Source: Coleofasciculus chthonoplastes F2-STO-03
Lineage (GTDB): Bacteria; Cyanobacteriota; Cyanobacteriia; Cyanobacteriales; Coleofasciculaceae
Assembly: GCA_040222015.1 (NCBI GenBank)
Contig: JAVJWO010000031.1
Span: 1 to 44,017 of the forward strand
Length of the DNA stretch: 44,017 nt
Reading direction: 5' to 3'
The translations under genes and the position numbers were made by a program. This document shows positions 19,514-29,075 of the stretch, piece by piece. Position 1 is the stretch's first letter. Each line of letters begins with the position of its first letter. The notes beneath the pieces are model-generated. The model saw only the letters and a list, made by a program, of their open reading frames with translations, was not told the DNA's origin and did no database searches.

Positions 19514-22500
19514 ATGCCCCTCAATTTTAAGCGCACCCGCGATTTACTCTATGATTTCCAGTTTCATGAGTTGTTTATTGAAGAATTAGGCTGGTATCAA
19601 CCCTCCACGAAGAAAGCGGTATCTTTTGAGATTGAGGAGAAAATCTATCAGTATCAACGAATTGCGGAAGCCTCTGGGGTGGTTGTGTTTGAAGTAACCG
19701 GAGACGATGGCAAAATTCCGGAAGCGAAACATCGGGTGGCGATTCATAAAGAACTGACAGAAAAGATTGCGGAAAATTTGTTGATTTTTGTGGATAAAGA
19801 GCGCAGTCGCAGTCTGTGGTATTGGGTGAAGCGGGAGGAGTATAAGCGTTATGTGCGTGACCATTTATATGTGAAGGGTCAACCGGGGGATTTGTTTTTG
19901 AGTAAGTTGGGTGGGTTGGTGATTGATATTTCTCACCTGGAAGATGGTGAACCGTCGGTAATTGAAGTCGCTCAACGGTTACAAAGTGCTTTTGATATTG
20001 AACGGGTGACGAAGAAGTTTTATCATGAGTTTCAGGAACAACATCAGGAGTTCCTTAGGTTTATCCAAGGGATTGATAGTGAAGCAGATTCTCGCTGGTA
20101 TACGTCGGTTATTCTGAATCGCTTAATGTTTGTTTACTTCTTGCAGAAGAAAGGGTTTATTGATAATGGAGATGGCGATTATCTGCACCATAAGGATTAT
20201 CTGCACCATAAGTTAGCGGAGAGTAAACAACGGGGAGAGAACCGCTTTTTTCGAGAGTTTCTCCAGGCGTTATTTTTTGAAGGCTTTGCTAAACCGGAAT
20301 TTGAACGGGAACCGGAGGTGCAAGGGTTAATTGGGCGGGTAAACTATTTAAATGGGGGATTATTTCTTAAGCATCGGATTGAACAAGAGTATCCGCATAT
20401 TGATATCGCGGATGAGGCGTTTGAGCAGATTTTGGATTTGTTTTCTCGCTATTCCTGGAATCTGGATGATACGCCAGGGGGTAAGGATGATGAGATTAAC
20501 CCAGATGTGTTGGGGTATATCTTTGAGAAGTATATTAACCAGAAGGCGTTTGGGGCGTATTATACCCGCCCGGAGATTACCGAGTATTTATGCGATCGCA
20601 CGATTAATAAGCTTATTCTAGATCGGGTGAATGCGACTATTATAGGGGATTCCTCCCCATCTGTCTCCAACCCAGGGGAAGGGTTTACGGATATCAACGA
20701 ACTCCTGATTAAGCTTGACTCCCCGTTGTGCGATCGCTTAATCCAGGATATCCTTCCTAATCTATCACTCCTTGACCCGGCTTGCGGTTCTGGAGCCTTC
20801 CTCGTCGCCGCCATGAAAACCCTGATTTCAGTCTACACGGCGGTTATCGGCACAATCAAGTTAAAGGGCGATCGGCGTTTGAAAGCGTGGTTAAATAAGA
20901 TTGAGGCAAATCATCCCTCATTATCCTATTTTGTCAAAAAGCGGATTATTACCGATAACCTCTATGGCGTAGACATCATGGAGGAGGCGACGGAAATTGC
21001 TAAATTACGGTTATTTTTGGCGCTGGTTTCTTCCGCCCAGGAGGTTGAGGAGTTAGAACCCTTACCGAATATTGATTTTAACATCATGGTGGGGAATTCA
21101 TTAATCGGTTTGATTCGGGTAGATGAGGAAGGATTTGATACGGTTGGCGACTCCAAATATAAACAGGGTAATTTACTACAATCTCTAGCCGCCAGTAGTT
21201 ATCGGCAGATTTTGGACGAAAAGAACCAAAATATAGATTTATACAAAAAACACGCTTTTCAGTCAGAGGATATTGAAGGAACCTCTCAGGATTATCGATT
21301 ACAAGCGCTGCGGAATGAGATTGAGAAGCTAAACCGTGATTCGTACAAGAAGTTAAATCAGTTATTACTGGATGAGTTTAGTAAAAGACTTGGCATCAAG
21401 TACGCGCAAGCACAGTTGAAAGGGAAACCCAAGAAACGTTTACTCACTGTTGAAGATATTGATAAGTTAAAGCCGTTTCACTGGGGCTATCACTTTGACA
21501 AGATTATTGAAGAGAGAGGCGGATTTGATGCGATTATCACTAATCCACCGTGGGAGATATTTAAGCCAAATGCTAAGGAGTTTTTCGCACAATACAGCGC
21601 TATTGTGACTAAAAACAAAATGGATATCAAAAAATTTGACAAAGAAAAGCAGAAATTACTAAAAAATCCCGAAATTGCCCAGGCTTGGTTGGAATACCAA
21701 AGCCAATATCCCTATATGAGTTCATACTATCGCTCATCAGAGCAGTATAAGAATCAAGTGTCAGTTGTTAATGGGAAAAAATCAGGAACAGATATTAACC
21801 TATATAAGCTTTTTTTTAGAACAGTGTTTTAACCTGCTCAAGTCTTGTGGCGAGTGCGGAATTGTTATTCCTAGTGGTATTTATACAGACTTAGGAGCCA
21901 AACAACTTCGAGCTATGCTTTTTCAGCAAACTAAAATTACTGGCTTATTTGGTTTTGAAAATCGCAAGAGTATTTTTGAAGGAGTTGATAGTCGCTTCAA
22001 GTTTGTTGTTTTGACGTTTGATAAGAATGGCATAACTAAAGAATTTCCAGCAAAATTTATGCGTCATAATGTACAGGAACTTTCAAACTTTCCTGATCAT
22101 GATAGTCTCTACATTAATGTTGATATAGTACACAGCCTTTCTCCTGATTCTCTCTCAGTGATGGAGTTTAAGAATGAGACAGACATTCGTATTGCCCAAA
22201 AGATGAGCAAGTTACCCTTACTAGGGGAAAAGATTGAAAACAAGTGGAATCTTAAATTAACGTCAGAGTTTCACATGACGAATGATAGTCATTTATTCAA
22301 TCCGCAATCAACATCAGGAAGATTACCTCTTTACGAAGGGAAAATGATTCATCAGTTTAACCATAACTGGAGTCAGCCTAAATATTGGCTGGATGACAGC
22401 AAAGCTCGCGAACAACTACTTGAATCTCGCTTAAAGAAAATTAAAACATTACTTAAATATACTAAATTTGACAAAAGTAGTATCAAAGCAGAATCGATTT

Positions 22501-23633
22501 TGCTTGATTATGAGTCTTATCGTCTTGGCTTTCGAGATGTCGCCAGAAATACAGACGAACGCACAATGATTGCGACCATTTTACATCCCAAATTGTTTTG
22601 TCCTCACACAATGAGTTTGGAAAGGGTTTATGAAGATAAAGTATCTGGAAATAGCCTTGAGTCAAATGTAACTGTAATGACTTCAGTATCTAGGCTTTTT
22701 CTCTGTGCTGTTCTCAACAGTTTGGTTATAGACTATGTGATTCGTCAAAAGGTAACAGCCCATGTATCTTTCTTCTTTGTCTATAATTTACCAGTCCCCC
22801 GTCTCACAGAAGGCGAACCCTACTTTAACGAAATCGTCGAACGCGCCGCCAAACTCATCTGCACCACTCCAGAATTCGATGATTTAGCCCAAGAAGTCGA
22901 ACTCGGTTCCCATAAAAACGGCGTCACCGACGAAACCGAACGCGCCAAACTTCGCGCTGAACTTGATGGCATGATTGCCCACCTCTATAACTTAACCGAA
23001 GCCGAATTTAAACACATTCTCAGCACCTTTCCCATCGTCCCCGAAGAAACCAAACAAGCCGCCCTAGACGCCTACAAAACCCTTACCCCCCTAACCAGTG
23101 ACGCAGACATTATTGACCTCATCAACCAAGGCGAAAGCACCGAATTAGAATTCAAATCATCCTCCCGTTGGGATATGCGGGAAAATAATAAAAATAAGGC
23201 GATGGAACAGGTTATCCTAAAAACCGTTGCTGCTTTCTTAAACACCCATCACGGTGGAACATTATTAATCGGCGTCAACGATGAAGGCAAAGTCATTGGC
23301 TTAAACCACGACTACCAAACCATCCAAAAGAAAAACCGCGACGGCTATGAACTCTTTTTAACCAACGACTTACTGCTAAAAGAACTCGGTAAAGACATCG
23401 CCCCCTACATTCATATCACCTTCCACGAAATCGAGGGTAAAGACGTTTGTCGGATTAGCCTTGACCCCTCCCCGCGTCCCGTCTATGTTAAACTCAAAGA
23501 CGCTAAAAGCGGTCAAATCAAAGAATGTCTGTTTATCCGCACGGGCAATTTAACTAGCCAACTCGATACGCCTAGTGAGATTCTCAATTATTGCCAAAAT
23601 CGCTGGAATTCTAGCAGTAGAAACATCGATTAG
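19514..23633 (+). pseudogene. Eco57I/type IIG-like N6-adenine methyltransferase + TRD + C-terminal AlbA_2 (Schlafen-like) domain, split by a +1 frameshift at T8 (21810-21817)
   Basis: YLNGGLF, GAYYT, LDPACGSGAFL and NPPW in ORF 19514-21832. PLYEGKMI, RAELD and GESTELEFK..AAFLNT..GGTLLIGVND in ORF 21765-23633. T7 restores NLYKLFLEQCF and a 1372-aa ORF. Confidence 0.88.
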
Positions 23634-23730
23634 GACAAACGAACAGTTGTTCCAGACGCGCCATGGCGCGTCTCTACATAATGATGTGTCTCTACATAAT
23701 GATGTGTCCTAACCGCTATGGCGGTTGCTA
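23612..23730 (-). mobile_element. Diverged copy of the 102-bp MITE overlapping the methyltransferase stop codon
   Basis: TAGCAGTAGAAACATCGATTAGGAC...GGCGGTTGCTA-TA, with an internal duplication of TCTCTACATAATGATGTG. Confidence 0.75.
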
Positions 23731-23801
23731 TACATGGAAAAGGGCGCAAGCCTTGCGCCCCTACAATACAATATGATCTCTATTTTCCAAACAACGAACA
23801 G

Positions 23802-24092
23802 TCACCGCCTTGTCTCAAATCCGCTCAACCCTTCCGGTTCTTCATACTCCACCGCCACATCTTTCACCACAGCAGCAGAAGGACCCTTATGACACCAATT
23901 AATCATTTCCTCAACTCCTGATTTATTTCCTTCAAATACCGCTTCTACTCGACCATCTGGCATATTTCGCACCCAACCAGTTACACCCCATCGATGGGCT
24001 TCACTGACGGTTGAAAAACGATAGCCAACGCCTTGAACTTGTCCAGAAATGAAAGCGTGGGCACGGATTTGTTCCTGTGATTGATTCGGCAT
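23802..24092 (-). CDS. acyP: Acylphosphatase
   Basis: GQVQGVGYR, GWVRNMPDGRVE, GP. Confidence 0.95.
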   Translation of the reverse strand: MPNQSQEQIRAHAFISGQVQGVGYRFSTVSEAHRWGVTGWVRNMPDGRVEAVFEGNKSGVEEMINWCHKGPSAAVVKDVAVEYEEPEGLSGFETRR

Positions 24093-24139
24093 TTTATTTT
24101 AACTTCGGTTGAATACTTACAGAAAAACAAGGCATAAGG

Positions 24140-24426
24140 TAAGCTATTCGGCATTTAAACCTTAATGTCAATAATGGCAAAATCCTTGTATGTAGTGCGA
24201 GCATCTTGCTCGCTACTAATACCAAGTTGCCGTCTAAGGTAGAATCTGTCATGCTGAGCAGAATGCAGTGAAACGGAATGACGCGAAGCATCTGTCCAGA
24301 TTCTCGTATCTCGTTCCTCGCTATAGCGAACGCTTCACGCAACGCTGTCCAATGAGATGATAGAATGCAACTTGGTATAAGCATCTTGCTCGCTACTAAT
24401 ACCCAATTTAAATGCATAACAGCTTA
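24140..24426. mobile_element. Nested MITE-like elements
   Basis: Outer IR TAAGCT.TT..GCATTTAAA (same end again at 40299-40327); inner IR TACCAAGTTGC (24220-24230 / 24367-24377); 24-bp direct repeat at 24200 and 24380. Confidence 0.6.
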
Positions 24427-24455
24427 GAAGACAGATTGCAGAAGAAAATCATATA

Positions 24456-24557
24456 TAGCAATAGACATATCGATTAGGACGTTCGGCACCATTGTAGAGA
24501 CGATGCATGCAACGTCTCTACATTAATGATGTGTCCTAACAGCCATGGCGGTTGCTA
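24456..24557 (-). mobile_element. 102-bp MITE, TA-flanked
   Basis: TAGCAA..TTGCTA ends with TA on both sides; reverse-complement relative of 31575-31676 with a variant central palindrome. Confidence 0.85.
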
Positions 24558-24569
24558 TAACACTTATCG

Positions 24570-24801
24570 GTGAGCTAGGGCGGGTTTTGTTGTTCAGTTA
24601 TTTCACCAATAGCTGACTGTTTGCAGAAGTGAGCTAGGGCGGGTTTTGTTGTTCAGTTATTTCACCAATAGCTGACTGTAGTTCCTAAACCCGCCCCTAC
24701 AATTGTGACTAAACCCGCCCCTACAATTGTGACTAAACCCGCCCCTACAATTGTGACTAAACCCGCCCCTACAATTGTGACTAAACCCACCCCTACAATT
24801 G
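24570..24801. repeat. Amplified REP: 51-bp duplication (24570, 24629) plus five tandem 24-bp units CTAAACCCGCCCCTACAATTGTGA (24685-24801)
   Basis: Seen directly; no spacers; last unit degenerate. Confidence 0.9.
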
Positions 24802-24842
24802 ACTTATGATTTATAAATTTAACATTTATCCTTTGCTTTTGT

Positions 24843-25478
24843 TCAGCTTTGTTGTAATTCTTCCTGAAGAATTCGCTGATATATTCCTGGCAAGTATCGA
24901 GTCATCGAATTCGTTTCAATACCATAACCCAGACTTGTCCAAGTTCCCGACAATCGTCGCAATACTTGATCCACTTTACCTTGGCGCAATTGTTGGGAAA
25001 TATCCATTCCCCACGCTTGATTATCACTCAACCAAGCATAAACGACTGCATCCTGATATTGTGGCTCAAAGCTATAGTTACTCCACCAAAATAGTTGCCA
25101 AGGCTGAGGATGATAGCGTTTAGCTTTGTCATCCCAAGTCGTGTTAATAAATTGATATCGTCCGGCGGCGGTGGTACAATTACCAACATTGGGACCTGCG
25201 ACAATCGGCACACAGCGGTTAGGATGATCACTCAAATCCCAAACATGCTCTCCTCCATACAATACCGAATAAGGTTGAGACACATTTGCCTCACTTGCGG
25301 AAATTGTTCGCATCAGCGCCCGAATATAAGGATCACCGCCTCGCATGACTAACGGTTGAGTCCCCTTTTCACCTCTGGGATTATTAAAACTCCATTCCCC
25401 TCGTTGATATCCTTCACGCAGTTCGAGGAATATAATCATTAAAATAAGGATATTAATCCACTGAATTAGACGTTTCAT
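24843..25478 (-). CDS. Membrane-anchored lambda-lysozyme-like muramidase (GH104-like)
   Basis: N-terminal hydrophobic helix, TISASE, YSVLYGG, TAAGRYQF..TW, YQD, TWTSL. Confidence 0.82.
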   Translation of the reverse strand: MKRLIQWINILILMIIFLELREGYQRGEWSFNNPRGEKGTQPLVMRGGDPYIRALMRTISASEANVSQPYSVLYGGEHVWDLSDHPNRCVPIVAGPNVGNCTTAAGRYQFINTTWDDKAKRYHPQPWQLFWWSNYSFEPQYQDAVVYAWLSDNQAWGMDISQQLRQGKVDQVLRRLSGTWTSLGYGIETNSMTRYLPGIYQRILQEELQQS

Positions 25479-25542
25479 AACCCATGGCTATAAAATTCGA
25501 TCCCATAGTAGAGACGCGCCATGGCGCGTCTCTACAGTTAGA

Positions 25543-26202
25543 TTAGACAACATTAGCGAATAGTTCTTGCCAACTGCGATCGCTCGCTTCTTTTTGGGCA
25601 ATCACTTCTACAATCTTATTACGCGCCTCGTCCTGAAATAGCGCCTCGACGCAAACCTGTGCCACTTTCGTGCGGGGAATACTCCCATCAAACAGTGTAT
25701 CTGCTGATGACATTACCACAGAATCAGGCGTATCTTCGTTTTTCAGCCCCCCAGGTCGGACAATGGTATAGGTTAAGCCACTTTTCTGGAGGTACTCCTC
25801 AGCTTGCTTTTTCCAAACCAAAATTAACCAAAACAGATTCAAGGGATGGAGTAGTTGAGAGACGCAAAGTGAGGAAACCATGACAAAATGCTCAACGCCC
25901 TTAGCTTTGGCAATATCGATCAGGTTCTTTGTCCCCTCATAATCCACTTGGTAGGGTTCTAGGGGATTGAAGCTGGGTGTAGCACCTGTGGCACAAAAAA
26001 TGACGGTGCTATCTCCCACAGCAGCGCTGAGACTCTCAGGCTTCAATACATCCCCAACGACTAACTCTGCTTCAGGGGGCAAAATTTCCTGCCCTTTCTC
26101 CAAGTTACGCACCAAAGCGCGGACGGGGATATTGCGTTTGACCAGTTCATTGACGATTCGGCGTCCTGTTTGACCTGTCGCTCCGGCGACCAATGCTTTC
26201 AT
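25543..26202 (-). CDS. Atypical SDR / NAD(P)H-binding oxidoreductase
   Basis: AGATGQTG, VDYEGT, IVRPGGL. Confidence 0.9.
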   Translation of the reverse strand: MKALVAGATGQTGRRIVNELVKRNIPVRALVRNLEKGQEILPPEAELVVGDVLKPESLSAAVGDSTVIFCATGATPSFNPLEPYQVDYEGTKNLIDIAKAKGVEHFVMVSSLCVSQLLHPLNLFWLILVWKKQAEEYLQKSGLTYTIVRPGGLKNEDTPDSVVMSSADTLFDGSIPRTKVAQVCVEALFQDEARNKIVEVIAQKEASDRSWQELFANVV

Positions 26203-26442
26203 CTAGAAATTTCCTTCAACAGTGAGAGTTGACGGCAAGATACACAAGTTATGCTGTAAAGAGCCAGTATTTTTTGATTCGATTCCTTAACATTCTCTTT
26301 TCAATTCTATAAATTATCAATGAAGTTTTACCAGATGTGCAGATTTATACCGTAAATTCGTGAAGATGAAAGAGAGAATGAACAATCGCCAGTGGGCATC
26401 CTAGCAATAGGCACCAACCCTAACTGACACCGTGGAGCAATT

Positions 26443-27153
26443 ATGCAGTCCCAATTCCTTAACCAGCAACCCATCACAATCGAGCCAGTGCATCTAGATA
26501 CCCAATCGACTTTTACCGAGCCTGAGAGGGACGAGTCCCAATCATGCCAATTAGCACCTGAGTTGACTCAGTTTTACGGTCACTTCCAAAATGGTGTAGA
26601 GATGTATGCCGAACCGGAACGAGTAACGGCTCATCTGGATACTCACCAAGAGTGGTTTTGTGACTGCGCCCAGCCGATGAAGGCTGAACCGATTGGAGCC
26701 AATGGTTATGCTTTAACGATTGGGCGTTTTGGGTCATTCGGCTATGAAGTTGAGCCAAAAATCGGGCTAGAACTACTCCCGCGCCAGGATGGGATCTATA
26801 AGATTCAGACGATCCCCGTCCCCGGTTACAATCCTCCTGGCTATGAGGTTGACTTTCAGGCAACTCAAGGGTTTGTGCCGATTCCAACTCACGAGTATTT
26901 TTCTGAGCAACAGCTTGAGGGACTAGACCTTCCTCCCACGATTACCCTTATCCAGTGGGAGCTTGATTTAACCGTTGGTGTACGGTTTCCTAAGTTTATC
27001 CACAAGTTACCCCAATCCTTGATCCAGACTACAGGCGATCGCCTGTTGCGGCAAATCGTCCGCCAAGTGTCTCGCCGCTTGAGTCACAAGGTACAGGAAG
27101 ACTTTCACAATCGGATGAATATTGCGATCCCCAAAAAATTAAAGCGACGCTGA
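26443..27153 (+). CDS. DUF1997 domain protein
   Basis: WFCDCAQPM, GSFGYEVEPKIGL, GDRLL.QIVRQVSRRL..VQEDFH. Confidence 0.8.
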   Translation: MQSQFLNQQPITIEPVHLDTQSTFTEPERDESQSCQLAPELTQFYGHFQNGVEMYAEPERVTAHLDTHQEWFCDCAQPMKAEPIGANGYALTIGRFGSFGYEVEPKIGLELLPRQDGIYKIQTIPVPGYNPPGYEVDFQATQGFVPIPTHEYFSEQQLEGLDLPPTITLIQWELDLTVGVRFPKFIHKLPQSLIQTTGDRLLRQIVRQVSRRLSHKVQEDFHNRMNIAIPKKLKRR

Positions 27154-27216
27154 TGTCATTTGTCATTTGTCATTTGTCATTTGTCATTTGTCATTTGTCA
27201 TTTGTCATGCGTCATT
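27154..27216. repeat. STRR (TGTCATT)n
   Basis: Seven perfect and two variant heptamers. Confidence 0.9.
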
Positions 27217-27313
27217 CGTACAGTCGGGGCGGGTTTAGTTACATCTGGGTGTAACCGAAAAGATAGTAGTGAAACCCGCCCCTACATAATTTCCCCCAGC
27301 TCCCCCAGCTCCC

Positions 27314-27700
27314 TCATCCCCTATGGGTGGCGATAAATTCCCGTAGCCGCAGTAAACTAAAGGTTTGACCCATATTTAACGGCAACATAGATACGCCTTC
27401 TAAGCGAGACTGTACCCATCCTTCACCCCAACACCATTCGTGATAGCCATCAATTCCCTGGCTCAATAGCAGTCGTAATCCGTAAGACTCAGCTACCTCT
27501 ACCTGATGTTGGATGGCAACTGGACCAATCCAACTGGTAAAGGTTACTCCGGGATGGAGTTGTTCAGGTAATCCGGGGGAAAGGCGTTGAGTCGGTAACC
27601 ACTGGCGCAGCTTCTCTGAATGGAGCAGACTGTCTCGGATAACAGTATGGGGAGCTTCGAGTTCAATGCGGAGGTGACTTTGTTGAAAGGTTCCCAACAT
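27314..27700 (-). CDS. Conserved cyanobacterial hypothetical protein
   Basis: 128-aa ORF; SQGIDGYHEW.WG.GWVQSRLEG resembles a conserved family; fold uncertain. Confidence 0.75.
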   Translation of the reverse strand: MLGTFQQSHLRIELEAPHTVIRDSLLHSEKLRQWLPTQRLSPGLPEQLHPGVTFTSWIGPVAIQHQVEVAESYGLRLLLSQGIDGYHEWCWGEGWVQSRLEGVSMLPLNMGQTFSLLRLREFIATHRG

Positions 27701-27906
27701 AATCTGTGTCCAAAAACAATAGGTCTGTTGCTCAAGAGTGTAACTCTCGATATCACATTATATTAATCCTTTTAATCCTTGTCGCCAGGGAAGGCACGGC
27801 TGTGATCCATCACCGACTATCAACAGTGCGATCGCGCCTTATACCAACGACCCGACCTAAAATAAAAAGGGAGTATGTTAAGAAGTGTAAAGTGTAAGGT
27901 TGATAC

Positions 27907-28806
27907 ATGGCTGATCAGTTAATTCGCGCCACAGCAGCAGCAGGGGGTATCCGCGCCGTCGGTGTGATTACCACGCGCCTCACCGAAGAAGCCCGCCAGC
28001 GCCATCAGCTCTCGTATGTGGCCACAGCTGCCCTAGGGCGCACGATGTCATCGGGCTTATTGTTGGCGTCTAATATGAAGCGGGAAGGGTCAAGGGTGAA
28101 TATTCGGGTGAAAGGAAATGGTCCCTTGGGCGGAATTTTGGTTGATGCGGGCTTAGATGGTACGGTTAGAGGATATGTGGATAACCCTGCCATTGAACTA
28201 CCGCCCAACGAATCTGGCAAACTCGATGTTGGCGGTGCAGTTGGGCGTGACGGTTATCTTTATGTGATCCGGGATGTGGGGTATGGCTATCCCTATTCCA
28301 GTACAGTAGAACTGGTGTCGGGAGAAATTGGCGATGACATTGCTCATTACCTGCTCACATCTGAACAAACCCCATCAGCACTGATTGTGGGTGTATTTGT
28401 CGGCGCTGAAGGCGTAACCGCATCGGGAGGGCTATTAATCCAAATCTTACCGAAAGCGGCTAGAGAGGAGTCTTTAGTGCAGATTTTGGAATCTCGCATC
28501 GCCAAGCTATCCGGATTCACACCTCTGTTGCAGGAAGGTAAAACGTTACCGGCTATCTTTGAACAGATTTTGGGTGATTTGGGCTTAGTAATTCTGCCCG
28601 AAATTCAACTGGTGCGTTTTGACTGCGGTTGCTCGTTTGATCGGGTTTTAGGAGCGCTGAAGATGCTAGGTGAAGCCGAACTTCAGGATATGATTGAAAA
28701 AGACGAAGGCGCTGAAGCAACTTGCCACTTCTGTGGGGAAGTTTACCAAGCGAGTGGAGATGAACTGGCTCAACTGATTCAGGCTTTAAAAGCTGAGTCC
28801 GTTTAA
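27907..28806 (+). CDS. hslO: Hsp33 redox-regulated chaperone
   Basis: ALGR, SGEIGDD, SEQTPS, CxC and CHFC zinc motif. Confidence 0.97.
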   Translation: MADQLIRATAAAGGIRAVGVITTRLTEEARQRHQLSYVATAALGRTMSSGLLLASNMKREGSRVNIRVKGNGPLGGILVDAGLDGTVRGYVDNPAIELPPNESGKLDVGGAVGRDGYLYVIRDVGYGYPYSSTVELVSGEIGDDIAHYLLTSEQTPSALIVGVFVGAEGVTASGGLLIQILPKAAREESLVQILESRIAKLSGFTPLLQEGKTLPAIFEQILGDLGLVILPEIQLVRFDCGCSFDRVLGALKMLGEAELQDMIEKDEGAEATCHFCGEVYQASGDELAQLIQALKAESV

Positions 28807-29075
28807 TCGAGATTGAGTTAGGGGAATTGGGAATGGGATAAGCTGAGAGTTCATGAACGGGTCCTTACTTCGTGAAGATGCGGATTGGCAGAGATGGCGT
28901 TAACGATTAGACACAAGAGCAATCTTGCTCATCTTAACGGCAATTGTACGGACTCTCATTCCCGATTAAATCTCCAGGAGAATATAGCTTTTTGTGTCTA
29001 ACGAGAGTACGATTGCAACAACTGAGGGTGCTATTAAACCCACAGCATTAGGCTTAGCGAGTGGTGGAGTGAGTT

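Noticed and set aside
19097..19589. ORFs 19097-19300 and 19332-19589
   Set aside because: PLPGVGEGLGERG-type peptides are typical translations of repeat DNA.
14294..23633. Calling the locus DISARM or BREX
   Set aside because: No DrmA/DrmB (DUF1998), PglZ or BrxC gene in the window.
24094..24417. 107-aa ORF
   Set aside because: Runs through nested repeats; its LVLVASKML/WVLVASKML repeat comes from the DNA direct repeat.
24685..24801. Possible CRISPR array
   Set aside because: The 24-bp units are contiguous with no unique spacers, match a REP arm, and no cas genes are present.
24843..25478. Muramidase as a prophage marker
   Set aside because: No holin, structural or integrase genes; flanked by housekeeping genes.
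27874..27897. HLR1-like repeats upstream of hslO (and at 3510-3527)
   Set aside because: Too many mismatches to call without a matrix scan.
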